From Hydrurus foetidus (taxonomy: Eukaryota): a stretch of DNA of 64,000 nt. Shown here piece by piece: positions 18,254 through 27,425 of the stretch (its first letter is position 1; every line of letters starts with the position of its first letter). The position numbers were made by a program, and so were the translations under genes. Below the pieces are notes generated by a model, which saw nothing but the letters and a program-made list of their open reading frames with translations, was not told where the DNA came from and did not search any database. Location: assembly GCA_900617105.1 (NCBI GenBank), contig UYFQ01000006.1:434001-498000 (forward strand), in the 5' to 3' direction.

Positions 18254-19237
18254 ATGCGCACAACCTTAAAAATCATCGCCACCTCACTTGTGGCGGCCAC
18301 CCTTGGCTTGGCAAGCCACAGCTTTGCCCAAGCCCCCAGCTACCCCACCAAGCCCGTGCGCTGGGTGGTGGGCTACCCCGCAGGCGGCGGCACCGATTTC
18401 CTGGCCCGCACCACCGGCGCACAACTCTCGCAGCTGCTGGGCCAGCCCGTGGTTGTGGATAACCGCCCCGGTGCAGGCGCGATCATCGCGTCTGAGAACG
18501 TAGCCCGCTCACCCGGTGACGGCTACACCGTGTTCTCAGCGGACAACGGCGTGCTGGTCTACAACCCCGCGCTCTACAAAAAGCTGCCTTACGACGCTGA
18601 AAAAGACTTCGCCCTGCTCGGCATGATGGGCCGCTCGCCACTCATCATCACCGCCGCCACCAACGCCGGCATCCCTGATGCCAAAGCGCTGATGGAAGCC
18701 TTGAAGCGTGACCCTGGCAAGCTCAGCATGGCCTCGGTCGGCACCGGCAGCCCGCACCATTTGGCGATGGAGCTGTTCCAGCGCGAAGCCGGTGTCAGCG
18801 TTGCGCACATCCCCTACAAAGGCGGCGCACAGGCCATCCAAGACCTGATGGGCGGGCAGATTCCGCTGATGATGCTGGACTTGCCCAGCGGCATCAGCGC
18901 GGTGAAGGCGGGCAAAGTCATCCCGCTGCTGGCCATGTCGGCAGAGCGCATCCCCCAGTTGCCCAACATCCCCACCGCCAAAGAACTTGGCTTTGCAGGC
19001 GTGGAAGCCTACACGTGGCAAGGCTTGGTAGCCCCCGCCGCGACGCCTAAAGACGTGCAAGCCCGCCTCAGTGCTGACCTTCAAAAAGCCCTGGCTGACC
19101 CAGCCGTGCGCCAAAAACTCTTCGATGCCGGCTGGGAAGCCCGCCCGACCAACGCCGCTGACATGACGCGCTACACCGATGCCGAGCGCAAGAAGTGGCA
19201 CGCCCTCATCAAAGCCCGCGACATCAAACTGGATTGA
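18254..19237 (+). CDS. Bug/TctC tripartite tricarboxylate transporter substrate-binding protein
   Basis: VGYPAGGGTD, DNRPGAG, HIPYKGGA. Confidence 0.92.
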   Translation: MRTTLKIIATSLVAATLGLASHSFAQAPSYPTKPVRWVVGYPAGGGTDFLARTTGAQLSQLLGQPVVVDNRPGAGAIIASENVARSPGDGYTVFSADNGVLVYNPALYKKLPYDAEKDFALLGMMGRSPLIITAATNAGIPDAKALMEALKRDPGKLSMASVGTGSPHHLAMELFQREAGVSVAHIPYKGGAQAIQDLMGGQIPLMMLDLPSGISAVKAGKVIPLLAMSAERIPQLPNIPTAKELGFAGVEAYTWQGLVAPAATPKDVQARLSADLQKALADPAVRQKLFDAGWEARPTNAADMTRYTDAERKKWHALIKARDIKLD

Positions 19238-19264
19238 CCTTTGGGCTTAAAACCGCCTTGATAT

Positions 19265-19312
19265 ACGACGACTTCATCGTATGATGATTTCATCGTAAAT
19301 AAAATTCGTCAT
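19265..19312. promoter_or_regulatory. Three tandem 16-bp quasi-palindromes (ACGATGA-NN-TCATCGT)
   Basis: ACGACGACTTCATCGT / ATGATGATTTCATCGT / AAATAAAATTCGTCAT immediately before ATG 19318. Confidence 0.65.
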
Positions 19313-19317
19313 ATATT

Positions 19318-20517
19318 ATGAAAATCAATCCCGGTGGAACCCTGGCGTTGGAAGACATCGTGGGCCGCGACCTGCTGACTCAAAACATCTGTGCGCGTTT
19401 GGCAAGCCAAAGCGTCATCCTGGTGGCCGAGCGCCGCATGGGCAAAACGCATGTGCTGGCCAAGCTCAAAGCACAAGCGCCGTCAGGGTGGCTCATGCTG
19501 CAAAGGGATGTAGAGGGCGTGCGCACCGCCGCTGAATTCGTGCAAACTCTGCTGGCAGATTTGCACACCCATCTAGGGCAAGTGACGCAATTCAGAGACT
19601 GGCTGAACGCCAGGGTCGGTGAACTGGGTGGCACCAAAGTCGGCCCGCTGACCCTGCCCAACTTTCAGAGCAAGCACTGGAAGCAAGCTTTGAGCGACAC
19701 CATTGCGCATGTGCAAGCCGCCAAAGACATCGCGCAGGTGGTGTTTTTGTGGGACGAGTTGCCCTGGATGATCCAGAACATCGCACGCGCGAACGCACAA
19801 GAAGCGATGGAATTGCTGGATGTCTTGCGCAGCCTGCGCCAGCAACACAGCAAACTGCGCATGGTGTTCACAGGCTCTATCGGCTTGCACCACATCGTGC
19901 GTCACCTCAAAGCCCAGGGCTATACCAACGCACCGACGAACGACATGGCAGCTATCGAGGTCACGCCCTTGGATGCCCCGGATGCTGCACGGCTGGCAAC
20001 CCACCTCTTGCAAGACCTGGGCGTGCCCGCTGAAGGCTCGACCTTGGCGCATGACATCGCGCAAGAAGTCGATGGCATGGCGTACTACATCCACCATGTG
20101 CTGTCTGACATCTCCAAACGCGCCATTCCCAGCGCAAGCGTTACACCTCATGATCTGCGACGCATCGTTCGCGCCGCCATCCAGTCACCGCACGACACCT
20201 GGAACCTGAAGCATTATGAAGAGCGCACGCAGGACTATTACGGCACGCAACGAGATGCCTGCCTCGCCCTGTTGGACGGTATTGCCGCAGCCCCAGCAAG
20301 CGTCGATGTGCAAACCGCCATCAACGGAGCCAAAGCCAGCTTCCCCGACATCAAGCAGAACGACTGGATGGAGCTGGTTCGCTTGCTAGAGCGCGACTAC
20401 TACCTGCTGCGCGACCCAGAAACAGGCCAACTCACCTTCAAATTCAGTGTGCTCAAGCGCTGGTGGCAATGGCACCGTTTGAGTCTGCCCATCATGACGG
20501 ATGGGGGTGCACCATGA
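19318..20517 (+). CDS. STAND/AAA-like P-loop ATPase with a variant Walker A
   Basis: LVAERRMGKTH, VVFLWDELP, FTGSIG; C-terminal wHTH-like region. Confidence 0.8.
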   Translation: MKINPGGTLALEDIVGRDLLTQNICARLASQSVILVAERRMGKTHVLAKLKAQAPSGWLMLQRDVEGVRTAAEFVQTLLADLHTHLGQVTQFRDWLNARVGELGGTKVGPLTLPNFQSKHWKQALSDTIAHVQAAKDIAQVVFLWDELPWMIQNIARANAQEAMELLDVLRSLRQQHSKLRMVFTGSIGLHHIVRHLKAQGYTNAPTNDMAAIEVTPLDAPDAARLATHLLQDLGVPAEGSTLAHDIAQEVDGMAYYIHHVLSDISKRAIPSASVTPHDLRRIVRAAIQSPHDTWNLKHYEERTQDYYGTQRDACLALLDGIAAAPASVDVQTAINGAKASFPDIKQNDWMELVRLLERDYYLLRDPETGQLTFKFSVLKRWWQWHRLSLPIMTDGGAP

Positions 20518-21899
20518 ATGCGCGGCTACCCATGACAAGCGCGTCGGCGCAAAAAGCGATGTACCTGTCGCACTTCACCCCCAGCATGATGCCGCCCGAA
20601 ACCCTGCAAGCCATGCTGGTGCAACGCGGCCCGCTGTTGCAGCGCTGTGTGGAAAGCGTCGTCCACAGCGTTAATACCCCGGCCAAGCACCACCACTTGC
20701 TGGTGGGGCCACGTGGCATTGGTAAAACTCATTTGATCTCGTTGATTCACCACCACATCAGCCAAAACGAAACCGTACAAGCCAACGCGCTTGTCGCCTG
20801 GATGCGCGAAGAAGAATGGGGTGTCACCAGCTTCATGGAGTTGATTCTGCGCATCCTGCGCACGCTGGATCAAACCTACCCTGCGCTGAACATCGAGACG
20901 CAAACGCAGCCCTTGTATGACTTGAGCATCGCGCAAGCAGAAGAACAAGCCACACACCTGCTGCTGCAAGTGCTGGGAGACAAAACCCTGGTGATCTTGC
21001 TGGAAAACCTCGACGATCTCTTTGACCAGCTGAAACCCACAAGCCAAAAACAGTTGCGCGGCTTCATCCAAAACCACCCACAGTTCGTGCTGGTGGCAAC
21101 CACACCTTCCTTGTTCACTGCCGTCACGTCGCAAAACTCCCCGTTTTACGGCTTCTTCGACATTGATCCGCTGGAAGAATTGAGCTTTGAAGAGGTCGTT
21201 GAGCTGCTGAAAAAAATCGCCATCGGACGGGGTGATGACCCCCTCGCCACCTTCATCCAAAGCACCGAAGGCCGCGCCCGCATCCGCGCCATTCACCACT
21301 TGGCCGAAGGCAACCCGCGCATTTACATCATCTTCGCGCAGTTCCTAACGCAAGAGGCATTGGATGAGCTCGTGCAAGCCTTCATGCACACGCTGGACGA
21401 GCTAACCCCGTACTACCAAGCCCGGATGAAAGAGCTGTCCGGGCAACAGCGCAAGATCGTGGAATACCTCGTGCATTACCGGGGCGCAGCTACGGTCAAA
21501 CAGATTGCGAAATCCTGCTTCATCACGCAGCCCGTGTGCTCAAGCCAATTGAAACAACTGAGAGAAAAACGTACCGTGCGCGCGATTGAACGCGGGCGCG
21601 AGAATTATTACGAGTTGAGTGAGCCGTTGATGCGGCTTTGTATGGAGGTAAAGCAACAGCAAGGCCAATCCATCGGTGGATGCGTTGAGTTGCTGCGTAT
21701 TTGGTATGCCAATCCCGCACAAAAAAAGTGTCTCAGCGCACCGGAATTCGCTTCCATCATGAGCGTGATGTCTGCGCAACAGACCGGCAACCCTGCAACC
21801 AACACATACCTTCAACTCTCCATGGAAGAACGCAAACTGCTCGATGACTGCACATTGAACATTCAACCCTTCAGTGAAATGAAAAAAGGAACACCATGA
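20514..21899 (+). CDS. STAND-like ATPase with winged HTH
   Basis: GPRGIGKT, VILLENLDD, GNPR, TVKQIAKSCFITQPVCSSQLKQL; ATGA overlaps at both ends. Confidence 0.82.
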   Translation: MNARLPMTSASAQKAMYLSHFTPSMMPPETLQAMLVQRGPLLQRCVESVVHSVNTPAKHHHLLVGPRGIGKTHLISLIHHHISQNETVQANALVAWMREEEWGVTSFMELILRILRTLDQTYPALNIETQTQPLYDLSIAQAEEQATHLLLQVLGDKTLVILLENLDDLFDQLKPTSQKQLRGFIQNHPQFVLVATTPSLFTAVTSQNSPFYGFFDIDPLEELSFEEVVELLKKIAIGRGDDPLATFIQSTEGRARIRAIHHLAEGNPRIYIIFAQFLTQEALDELVQAFMHTLDELTPYYQARMKELSGQQRKIVEYLVHYRGAATVKQIAKSCFITQPVCSSQLKQLREKRTVRAIERGRENYYELSEPLMRLCMEVKQQQGQSIGGCVELLRIWYANPAQKKCLSAPEFASIMSVMSAQQTGNPATNTYLQLSMEERKLLDDCTLNIQPFSEMKKGTP

Positions 21900-23353
21900 A
21901 AATCAACCACCTCATCCACGGCAAGTCCGTCCCCAGCGAACAGTATTTCGAGACCGTCAACCCCGCCAACCAGCAAGTCCTCGCTGAAGTAGCCTGTGGT
22001 GGCGAGTCTGAAGTCAACGCCGCCGTTGCCTCCGCCAAAGCAGCCTTCCCCGGCTGGGCGGCCACACCGGCGACCGAACGCGCCAAGCTGATGCGCAAAC
22101 TGGGCGAGCTCATCAGCGCCAAAGTGCCTGAAATCTCGGCGATGGAGACGAACGACAGCGGGCAGGTCATCAGCCAGACCCGCAAGCAGCTCATCCCCCG
22201 CGCTGGCGACAACTTCACCTACTTCGCGGAGATGTGTACCCGCGTCGATGGTCATACCTACCCCACGCCCACGCACTTGAACTACACGCTGTTCCACCCG
22301 GTGGGCGTGTGTGCGCTCATCAGCCCGTGGAACGTGCCTTTCATGACCTCGACCTGGAAAGTCGCGCCCTGCCTCGCCTTTGGCAACACGGCGGTGCTGA
22401 AGATGAGCGAACTTTCGCCCATGACGGCCGCTCGCTTGGGCGAGTTGGCCTTGGAAGCAGGCATCCCCCCCGGCGTGCTGAACGTCGTCCACGGCTACGG
22501 CAAGGACACGGGCGAGCCGCTGTGCAAACACCCGGACGTGCGGGCCATCTCGTTCACTGGCTCCACGGTGACGGGCAACCGCATCGTGCAGTCTGCGGGC
22601 TTGAAAAAATTCAGCATGGAACTCGGCGGTAAATCCCCGTTCGTGATTTTTGAAGACGCTGACTTGCCACGCGCCTTGGATGCCGCAATCTTCATGATTT
22701 TCAGCAACAACGGCGAGCGCTGTACCGCAGGCTCACGCATCTTGGTGCAGCAGTCCATTTACGCGGAATTCAGCAAAGCCTTCGCTGCCCGCGCCGCCAA
22801 AATAACCGTCGGCGACCCGATGGACGATGCCACCATCGTCGGCCCCATGATCTCGCAAGCCCATTTGGCCAAGGTGCGCAGCTACATCGAACTGGGCACC
22901 CAAGAAGGCGCTGAATTGCTGGTCGGCGGCCTGGGCCAACCCACCCTGCCCGACCACGTGAAAAACGGCAACTACGTGCTGCCCACCGTGTTCGCCAACG
23001 TGGACAACCGGATGCGCATCGCCCAAGAAGAGATTTTTGGCCCCGTCGCCTGTCTGATCCCCTTCAAAGACGAGGCCGATGCCATTCGCCTCGCCAACGA
23101 CATTGAATACGGCCTGTCCAGCTACGTGTGGACAGAAAACCTGGGCCGCGCCCACCGCGTCGCCGCCGCCGTGGAAGCGGGCATGTGCTTCGTCAACAGC
23201 CAAAACGTGCGCGATTTGCGCCAGCCTTTTGGTGGCACCAAAGCCAGCGGCACCGGTCGCGAAGGTGGCACCTGGAGTTACGAGGTGTTTTGCGAGCCTA
23301 AAAATATCTGCGTCTCGCTCGGTGGGCACCACATCCCGCATTGGGGCGTGTGA
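21896..23353 (+). CDS. hpaE: 5-carboxymethyl-2-hydroxymuconate semialdehyde dehydrogenase
   Basis: ISPWNVP, FTGS, ELGGKSP, NGERCTAG, EEIFGP. Confidence 0.95.
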   Translation: MKINHLIHGKSVPSEQYFETVNPANQQVLAEVACGGESEVNAAVASAKAAFPGWAATPATERAKLMRKLGELISAKVPEISAMETNDSGQVISQTRKQLIPRAGDNFTYFAEMCTRVDGHTYPTPTHLNYTLFHPVGVCALISPWNVPFMTSTWKVAPCLAFGNTAVLKMSELSPMTAARLGELALEAGIPPGVLNVVHGYGKDTGEPLCKHPDVRAISFTGSTVTGNRIVQSAGLKKFSMELGGKSPFVIFEDADLPRALDAAIFMIFSNNGERCTAGSRILVQQSIYAEFSKAFAARAAKITVGDPMDDATIVGPMISQAHLAKVRSYIELGTQEGAELLVGGLGQPTLPDHVKNGNYVLPTVFANVDNRMRIAQEEIFGPVACLIPFKDEADAIRLANDIEYGLSSYVWTENLGRAHRVAAAVEAGMCFVNSQNVRDLRQPFGGTKASGTGREGGTWSYEVFCEPKNICVSLGGHHIPHWGV

Positions 23354-23355
23354 GC

Positions 23356-24339
23356 ATGCAACGCCGCCAACTGTTGAGCGATGGGTTGCACGCCGTGGTG
23401 GGTTTGAGCGCCCTAGTTGCTACGCCTTTGATAGCACAAACACCCCCATGGCCAAGCAAGGCGCTGCGTTTGATCGTGCCCTTCCCGCCCGGCGGCACCA
23501 CCGACAACGTGAGCCGCTTGGTGGCACTCGAATTGGGCAAAAGCCTAGGTCAAGCCGTCATCGTTGACAACAAACCCGGCGCAGGCACCGTGATTGGCGT
23601 GGACGCTGGAGCCAAAGCGGCCCCCGACGGCTACACGCTGGTCTGCGTGGCCAACAGCTACTGCGTCAACCAGACACTTATCAAAAAACTGCCCTACAGC
23701 GCCCAAGACTTGCGCCCCGTGGCGTTGATGGGTCTGTCTGAGCATGTGCTGGTCACGCACCCCAGCAGCGGCCTGAAAACCGTGGCGGACATCGCCGCCG
23801 TGCTGCGCACCAAACCCGGCAGCCTGAGCTACGCCTCGTTCGGCCAGGGCACCTCCGCGCATTTGGCCGGCGAGATGCTCAAGCTGCAACTGGGTGTGGA
23901 CATCGTCCACATACCGTACAAGGGCCAGGCACCGGCGCTGAACGATGTGCTGGGCGGACAAGTCAGCCTGATGTTCGGCAACTGGCCCGAGTTCCGCAGC
24001 CATGTGGAATCGGGCAAGCTGGTGGCGCTGGGCATGGCCACCGCCCGCCGCTCGCTGTACGCCCCGGCCATGCCGACGCTGACGGAACAGGGTGTCAAAG
24101 TCGAGTCCAACTCGTGGAACGGCATCCTGGCCCCCGCAGGCACATCGGATGCGGTGGTGCAGCGGCTCAATACTGAGATCAACAAAGCCTTGGCATCACC
24201 CTCGGTGACAGACGCATTTCAGCGCGGTGGCATCACCTCGCAGGCAGGCAGCAGCGCGCAGTTCGCCACATTCATCCACAGCGAAATCAGCCGGTATGCA
24301 GAGGTGATTCGCAAAGCCAACATTACGGCAGAAAGTTAA
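23356..24339 (+). CDS. Bug/TctC substrate-binding protein (Tat-like leader)
   Basis: QRRQLL leader, VPFPPGGTTD, HIPYKG. Confidence 0.92.
   Translation: MQRRQLLSDGLHAVVGLSALVATPLIAQTPPWPSKALRLIVPFPPGGTTDNVSRLVALELGKSLGQAVIVDNKPGAGTVIGVDAGAKAAPDGYTLVCVANSYCVNQTLIKKLPYSAQDLRPVALMGLSEHVLVTHPSSGLKTVADIAAVLRTKPGSLSYASFGQGTSAHLAGEMLKLQLGVDIVHIPYKGQAPALNDVLGGQVSLMFGNWPEFRSHVESGKLVALGMATARRSLYAPAMPTLTEQGVKVESNSWNGILAPAGTSDAVVQRLNTEINKALASPSVTDAFQRGGITSQAGSSAQFATFIHSEISRYAEVIRKANITAES
23419..23435. repeat. Dispersed element head (in Bug signal peptide)
   Basis: GCTACGCCTTTGATAGC. Confidence 0.5.
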
Positions 24340-24349
24340 AGCACACCCC

Positions 24350-25213
24350 ATGGGAACCCTCGCCCTCGCCGCCAAAATCACCCACGTCCCGTCGATGTAC
24401 CTGTCGGAACTCGACGGCCCGAACAAAGGCTGTCGCCAAGCTGCCATTGATGGCCACAAGGAAATCGGTCGCCGCTGTCGCGAGCTGGGCGTGGACACCA
24501 TCGTCGTGTTTGACGTGCATTGGCTGGTCAACAGCGAATACCACATCAATTGCGCGCCGCATTTTGAAGGCGTGTATACCAGCAACGAGCTGCCGCACTT
24601 CATCAAAAACATGCCTTATGCCTACCCTGGTAACCCGGACTTAGGTCACTTGATCGCCAAGGCTGCCAACGAGATGGGCGTGGCCACCCGCGCCCACAGC
24701 GACACCACACTGGGCATGGAATACGGCACGCTGGTACCCATGCGTTACATGAACGAAGACCAGCACTTCAAGGTCATCAGCGTCAGCGGCTGGTGCGTCT
24801 GGCACGATTTGCCCACCAGCGCCAAGTTTGGGCTGGCGGTGCGCAAAGCCATCGAAGACCATTACGAAGGCACCGTCGCCATCTTCGCCAGCGGCTCTTT
24901 AAGCCACCATTTCGCCAACAACGGCACCGCGCCGCAGTTCATGCACAAGGTGTGGGATCCGTTCCTGGAGCAAGTGGACCGCCGCGTCGTCGAGCTGTGG
25001 GAAAAGGGCGAGTGGAAGACCTTTTGCGACATGCTGCCGCTGTACAACGAAAAATGCTGGGGCGAAGGCGGCATGCACGACACCGCCATGCTGCTGGGTG
25101 CCCTGGGGTGGGACAAGTACACCGCGCCGGTGGAGGTCATCACGCCCTACTTTGGCAGCTCGGGGACGGGGCAAATCAACGCCGTCTTCCCTGTCACGCC
25201 GTTGCCTGTTTAA
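24350..25213 (+). CDS. hpaD: Homoprotocatechuate 2,3-dioxygenase
   Basis: KITHVPSMYLSE, FDVHWL, SGSLSH, EGGMHD. Confidence 0.95.
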   Translation: MGTLALAAKITHVPSMYLSELDGPNKGCRQAAIDGHKEIGRRCRELGVDTIVVFDVHWLVNSEYHINCAPHFEGVYTSNELPHFIKNMPYAYPGNPDLGHLIAKAANEMGVATRAHSDTTLGMEYGTLVPMRYMNEDQHFKVISVSGWCVWHDLPTSAKFGLAVRKAIEDHYEGTVAIFASGSLSHHFANNGTAPQFMHKVWDPFLEQVDRRVVELWEKGEWKTFCDMLPLYNEKCWGEGGMHDTAMLLGALGWDKYTAPVEVITPYFGSSGTGQINAVFPVTPLPV

Positions 25214-25261
25214 CTGTCTGCTTAACTACCTGTTTAAGGCCAGCTTAAGGCTAACTTAAGG
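25205..25261. repeat. Five degenerate 11-12-bp tandem units, each containing TTAA
   Basis: TTAA at 25210, 25222, 25234, 25245 and 25256. Confidence 0.7.
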
Positions 25262-25268
25262 AAACCCC

Positions 25269-25697
25269 ATGCCCCATTTGGTCATCCTCTACACCGGCAA
25301 CCTGGAGCCGCAGGCCGACATCAGCGCCCTGTGCCGCAGCTTGGCCGACGCCATGCTCACCGTGCGCGACGACGACGGAAAACAGGTCTACCCCACCGGC
25401 GGCACGCGCGTGCTGGCCTACCCTGCCGCGCATTGGGCCGTAGCCGATGGCGGTGCAGCGGGTATGGCGGCGGGTGGTACGGGCGATTACGCCTTCGTCT
25501 ACCTGAACCTGCGCATGGGACGAGGGCGTTCAGAAACTACTAAAAAGAGAGCTGGTGAAGCACTACAGTTATGTACAAAAGCCATTTTTGAACCCCTTCT
25601 TGCGCAGCGCCACATTGGCGTGACCTTGCAGATTGACGAAGGCCACGAAGTGTTCGACGCCAAGCTCAGCAACCTGCACCCGCTGTTCCAAAAGTAA
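25269..25697 (+). CDS. hpaF: 5-carboxymethyl-2-hydroxymuconate isomerase
   Basis: N-terminal catalytic Pro (MPH), GGTR, GRGRS. Confidence 0.9.
   Translation: MPHLVILYTGNLEPQADISALCRSLADAMLTVRDDDGKQVYPTGGTRVLAYPAAHWAVADGGAAGMAAGGTGDYAFVYLNLRMGRGRSETTKKRAGEALQLCTKAIFEPLLAQRHIGVTLQIDEGHEVFDAKLSNLHPLFQK
25536..25590 (+). repeat. Dispersed 55-bp element copy (inside hpaF)
   Basis: ACTACTAAAAAGAGAGC head, TTTTTG ending at +38. Confidence 0.65.
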
Positions 25698-25730
25698 CCT
25701 GACCACCTCCCGCCTCTGAAGGAAACCCCC

Positions 25731-26546
25731 ATGTTCTCCAACGACCTCATCCACCAACTCGCCACCGAGCTGAACCAGTCCGAGAAAACCCGCGTGCCGG
25801 TGGAGCACTTTTCCAAGCGCCACCCCGGCATGACGATTCAAGACGGCTACGCCATCTCCCGCGCCTGGGTCGCCATGAAGATCGCGGAAGGCCGCACCGT
25901 GCGGGGCCACAAAATCGGCCTGACCAGCCGCGCCATGCAGATGGCCAGCCAAATCACCGAGCCTGACTTTGGCACCCTGCTGGACGACATGTTTTTCACC
26001 GAAGGCGGCGACATCCCCATGAACCGCTTCATCGCCCCGCGCGTGGAAGTAGAGCTGGCCTTTGTCCTTAAATCGCGCCTGCAAGCCGATCCGCAGCACC
26101 CGAATATCACGCTGTTTGACGTGCTAAGAGCCACGGAATATGTGGTGCCTGCTATCGAAATCATAGATGCTCGTATCGAGCAGTTTGACCGCCACACCAA
26201 GGTGATGCGCAAAGTGTTCGACACCATTTCAGACAACGCCGCCAACGCCGGCATCATCACCGGCGGGCGGCCCGTCAAGCCTGACGCGGTAGATTTGCGC
26301 TGGTGCGGGGCCATGCTCTACAAAAACGGCGTGATCGAAGAAACCGGCCTTGCCGCTGCGGTGCTGAACCACCCCGCCACCGGTGTAGCGTGGCTGGCGA
26401 ACAAGCTGGCCCCGTATGGCGAGTTTTTGGAAGCCGGTGAAGTGGTGCTGGGCGGCTCATTCACCCGGCCTGTGGCTGCCGTGGCGGGCGACACGTTCCA
26501 CGCTGACTACGGCGACTTGGGCAATATCGCCTTCCGCTTTGTTTAA
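25731..26546 (+). CDS. hpaH: 2-oxo-hept-4-ene-1,7-dioate hydratase
   Basis: [25 protein letters not shown]. Confidence 0.95.
   Translation: MFSNDLIHQLATELNQSEKTRVPVEHFSKRHPGMTIQDGYAISRAWVAMKIAEGRTVRGHKIGLTSRAMQMASQITEPDFGTLLDDMFFTEGGDIPMNRFIAPRVEVELAFVLKSRLQADPQHPNITLFDVLRATEYVVPAIEIIDARIEQFDRHTKVMRKVFDTISDNAANAGIITGGRPVKPDAVDLRWCGAMLYKNGVIEETGLAAAVLNHPATGVAWLANKLAPYGEFLEAGEVVLGGSFTRPVAAVAGDTFHADYGDLGNIAFRFV
26151..26167. repeat. Dispersed element head (inside hpaH)
   Basis: GCTATCGAAATCATAGA within an AT-richer patch. Confidence 0.45.
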
Positions 26547-26555
26547 GGAATTCAC

Positions 26556-27416
26556 ATGCAAACGCTCTTATCTACCCCCATCAATACCTTCAAGCAAGCC
26601 CTCCAAGCCCGTCAAACCTTGATCGGCCTGTGGTTCGGTCTGTCCGATGGCTACGCAGCCGAGCTGGTTGCCGGTGCAGGCTTCGACTGGCTGCTGCTGG
26701 ACGGAGAACATGCGCCCAATGACGTTCCTAAGATGCTTGCGCAACTGCAAGGTGTAGCCAGCGCCAAAGCCATGTTGGGCACAGGCCCGCACCCGGTAGC
26801 CCGCGTCCCCGTGGGCGACACAGCCCTCATCAAACAGTACCTCGACATCGGTGCCCAAACCCTGCTGGTGCCTATGGTGGACACGGCTGAGCAGGCCGCG
26901 CAGCTGGTGCAAGCCACGCGCTACCCGCAAAACGACGGCCAAGGCGGCATTCGCGGCATGGGGGCCAGCCTCGCCCGCGCCTCGCAGTGGAACCGCTTCC
27001 CCAACTACATCACCGAGGCCAACGCCCAAGTCTGCCTGCTGGTACAAGCCGAAACCGTGACCGCCATCCGCAACCTGGATGCCATCGCGGCTACCGAGGG
27101 CGTAGACGGCGTGTTCTTCGGCCCCGCCGACCTCAGCGCCAGCATGGGCCATGTGGGCAACCCCGGCCACCCCGAGGTGCAGGCGGTGATTGAAGACGGC
27201 ATCAAGCGCGTACTGGCGGCAGGCAAAGCACCCGGCATTTTGATGGGCGATGAGAAGCTGGCGCGGCGCTACATCGAGCTTGGCGCCGTGTTTGTGGCCG
27301 TGGGCGTGGACACCGCTCTGCTGGTCAAGGCGACGAGTGAGTTGGCTGCGAAGTACAAGACCACACCCTCTGCCGCCGCACAGAAGCCCGCTGTAGCCGG
27401 TTCAGTTTACGGTTAA
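26556..27416 (+). CDS. hpaI: HpcH/HpaI aldolase
   Basis: [27 protein letters not shown]. Confidence 0.93.
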   Translation: MQTLLSTPINTFKQALQARQTLIGLWFGLSDGYAAELVAGAGFDWLLLDGEHAPNDVPKMLAQLQGVASAKAMLGTGPHPVARVPVGDTALIKQYLDIGAQTLLVPMVDTAEQAAQLVQATRYPQNDGQGGIRGMGASLARASQWNRFPNYITEANAQVCLLVQAETVTAIRNLDAIAATEGVDGVFFGPADLSASMGHVGNPGHPEVQAVIEDGIKRVLAAGKAPGILMGDEKLARRYIELGAVFVAVGVDTALLVKATSELAAKYKTTPSAAAQKPAVAGSVYG

Positions 27417-27425
27417 ACCCCTCGC

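Noticed and set aside
19265..19312. Possible CRISPR or iteron array
   Set aside because: Only three abutting palindromes, no spacers or rep gene; better explained as operators
25205..25261. Possible mini-CRISPR
   Set aside because: Units are 11-12 bp with no spacers, and there are no cas genes
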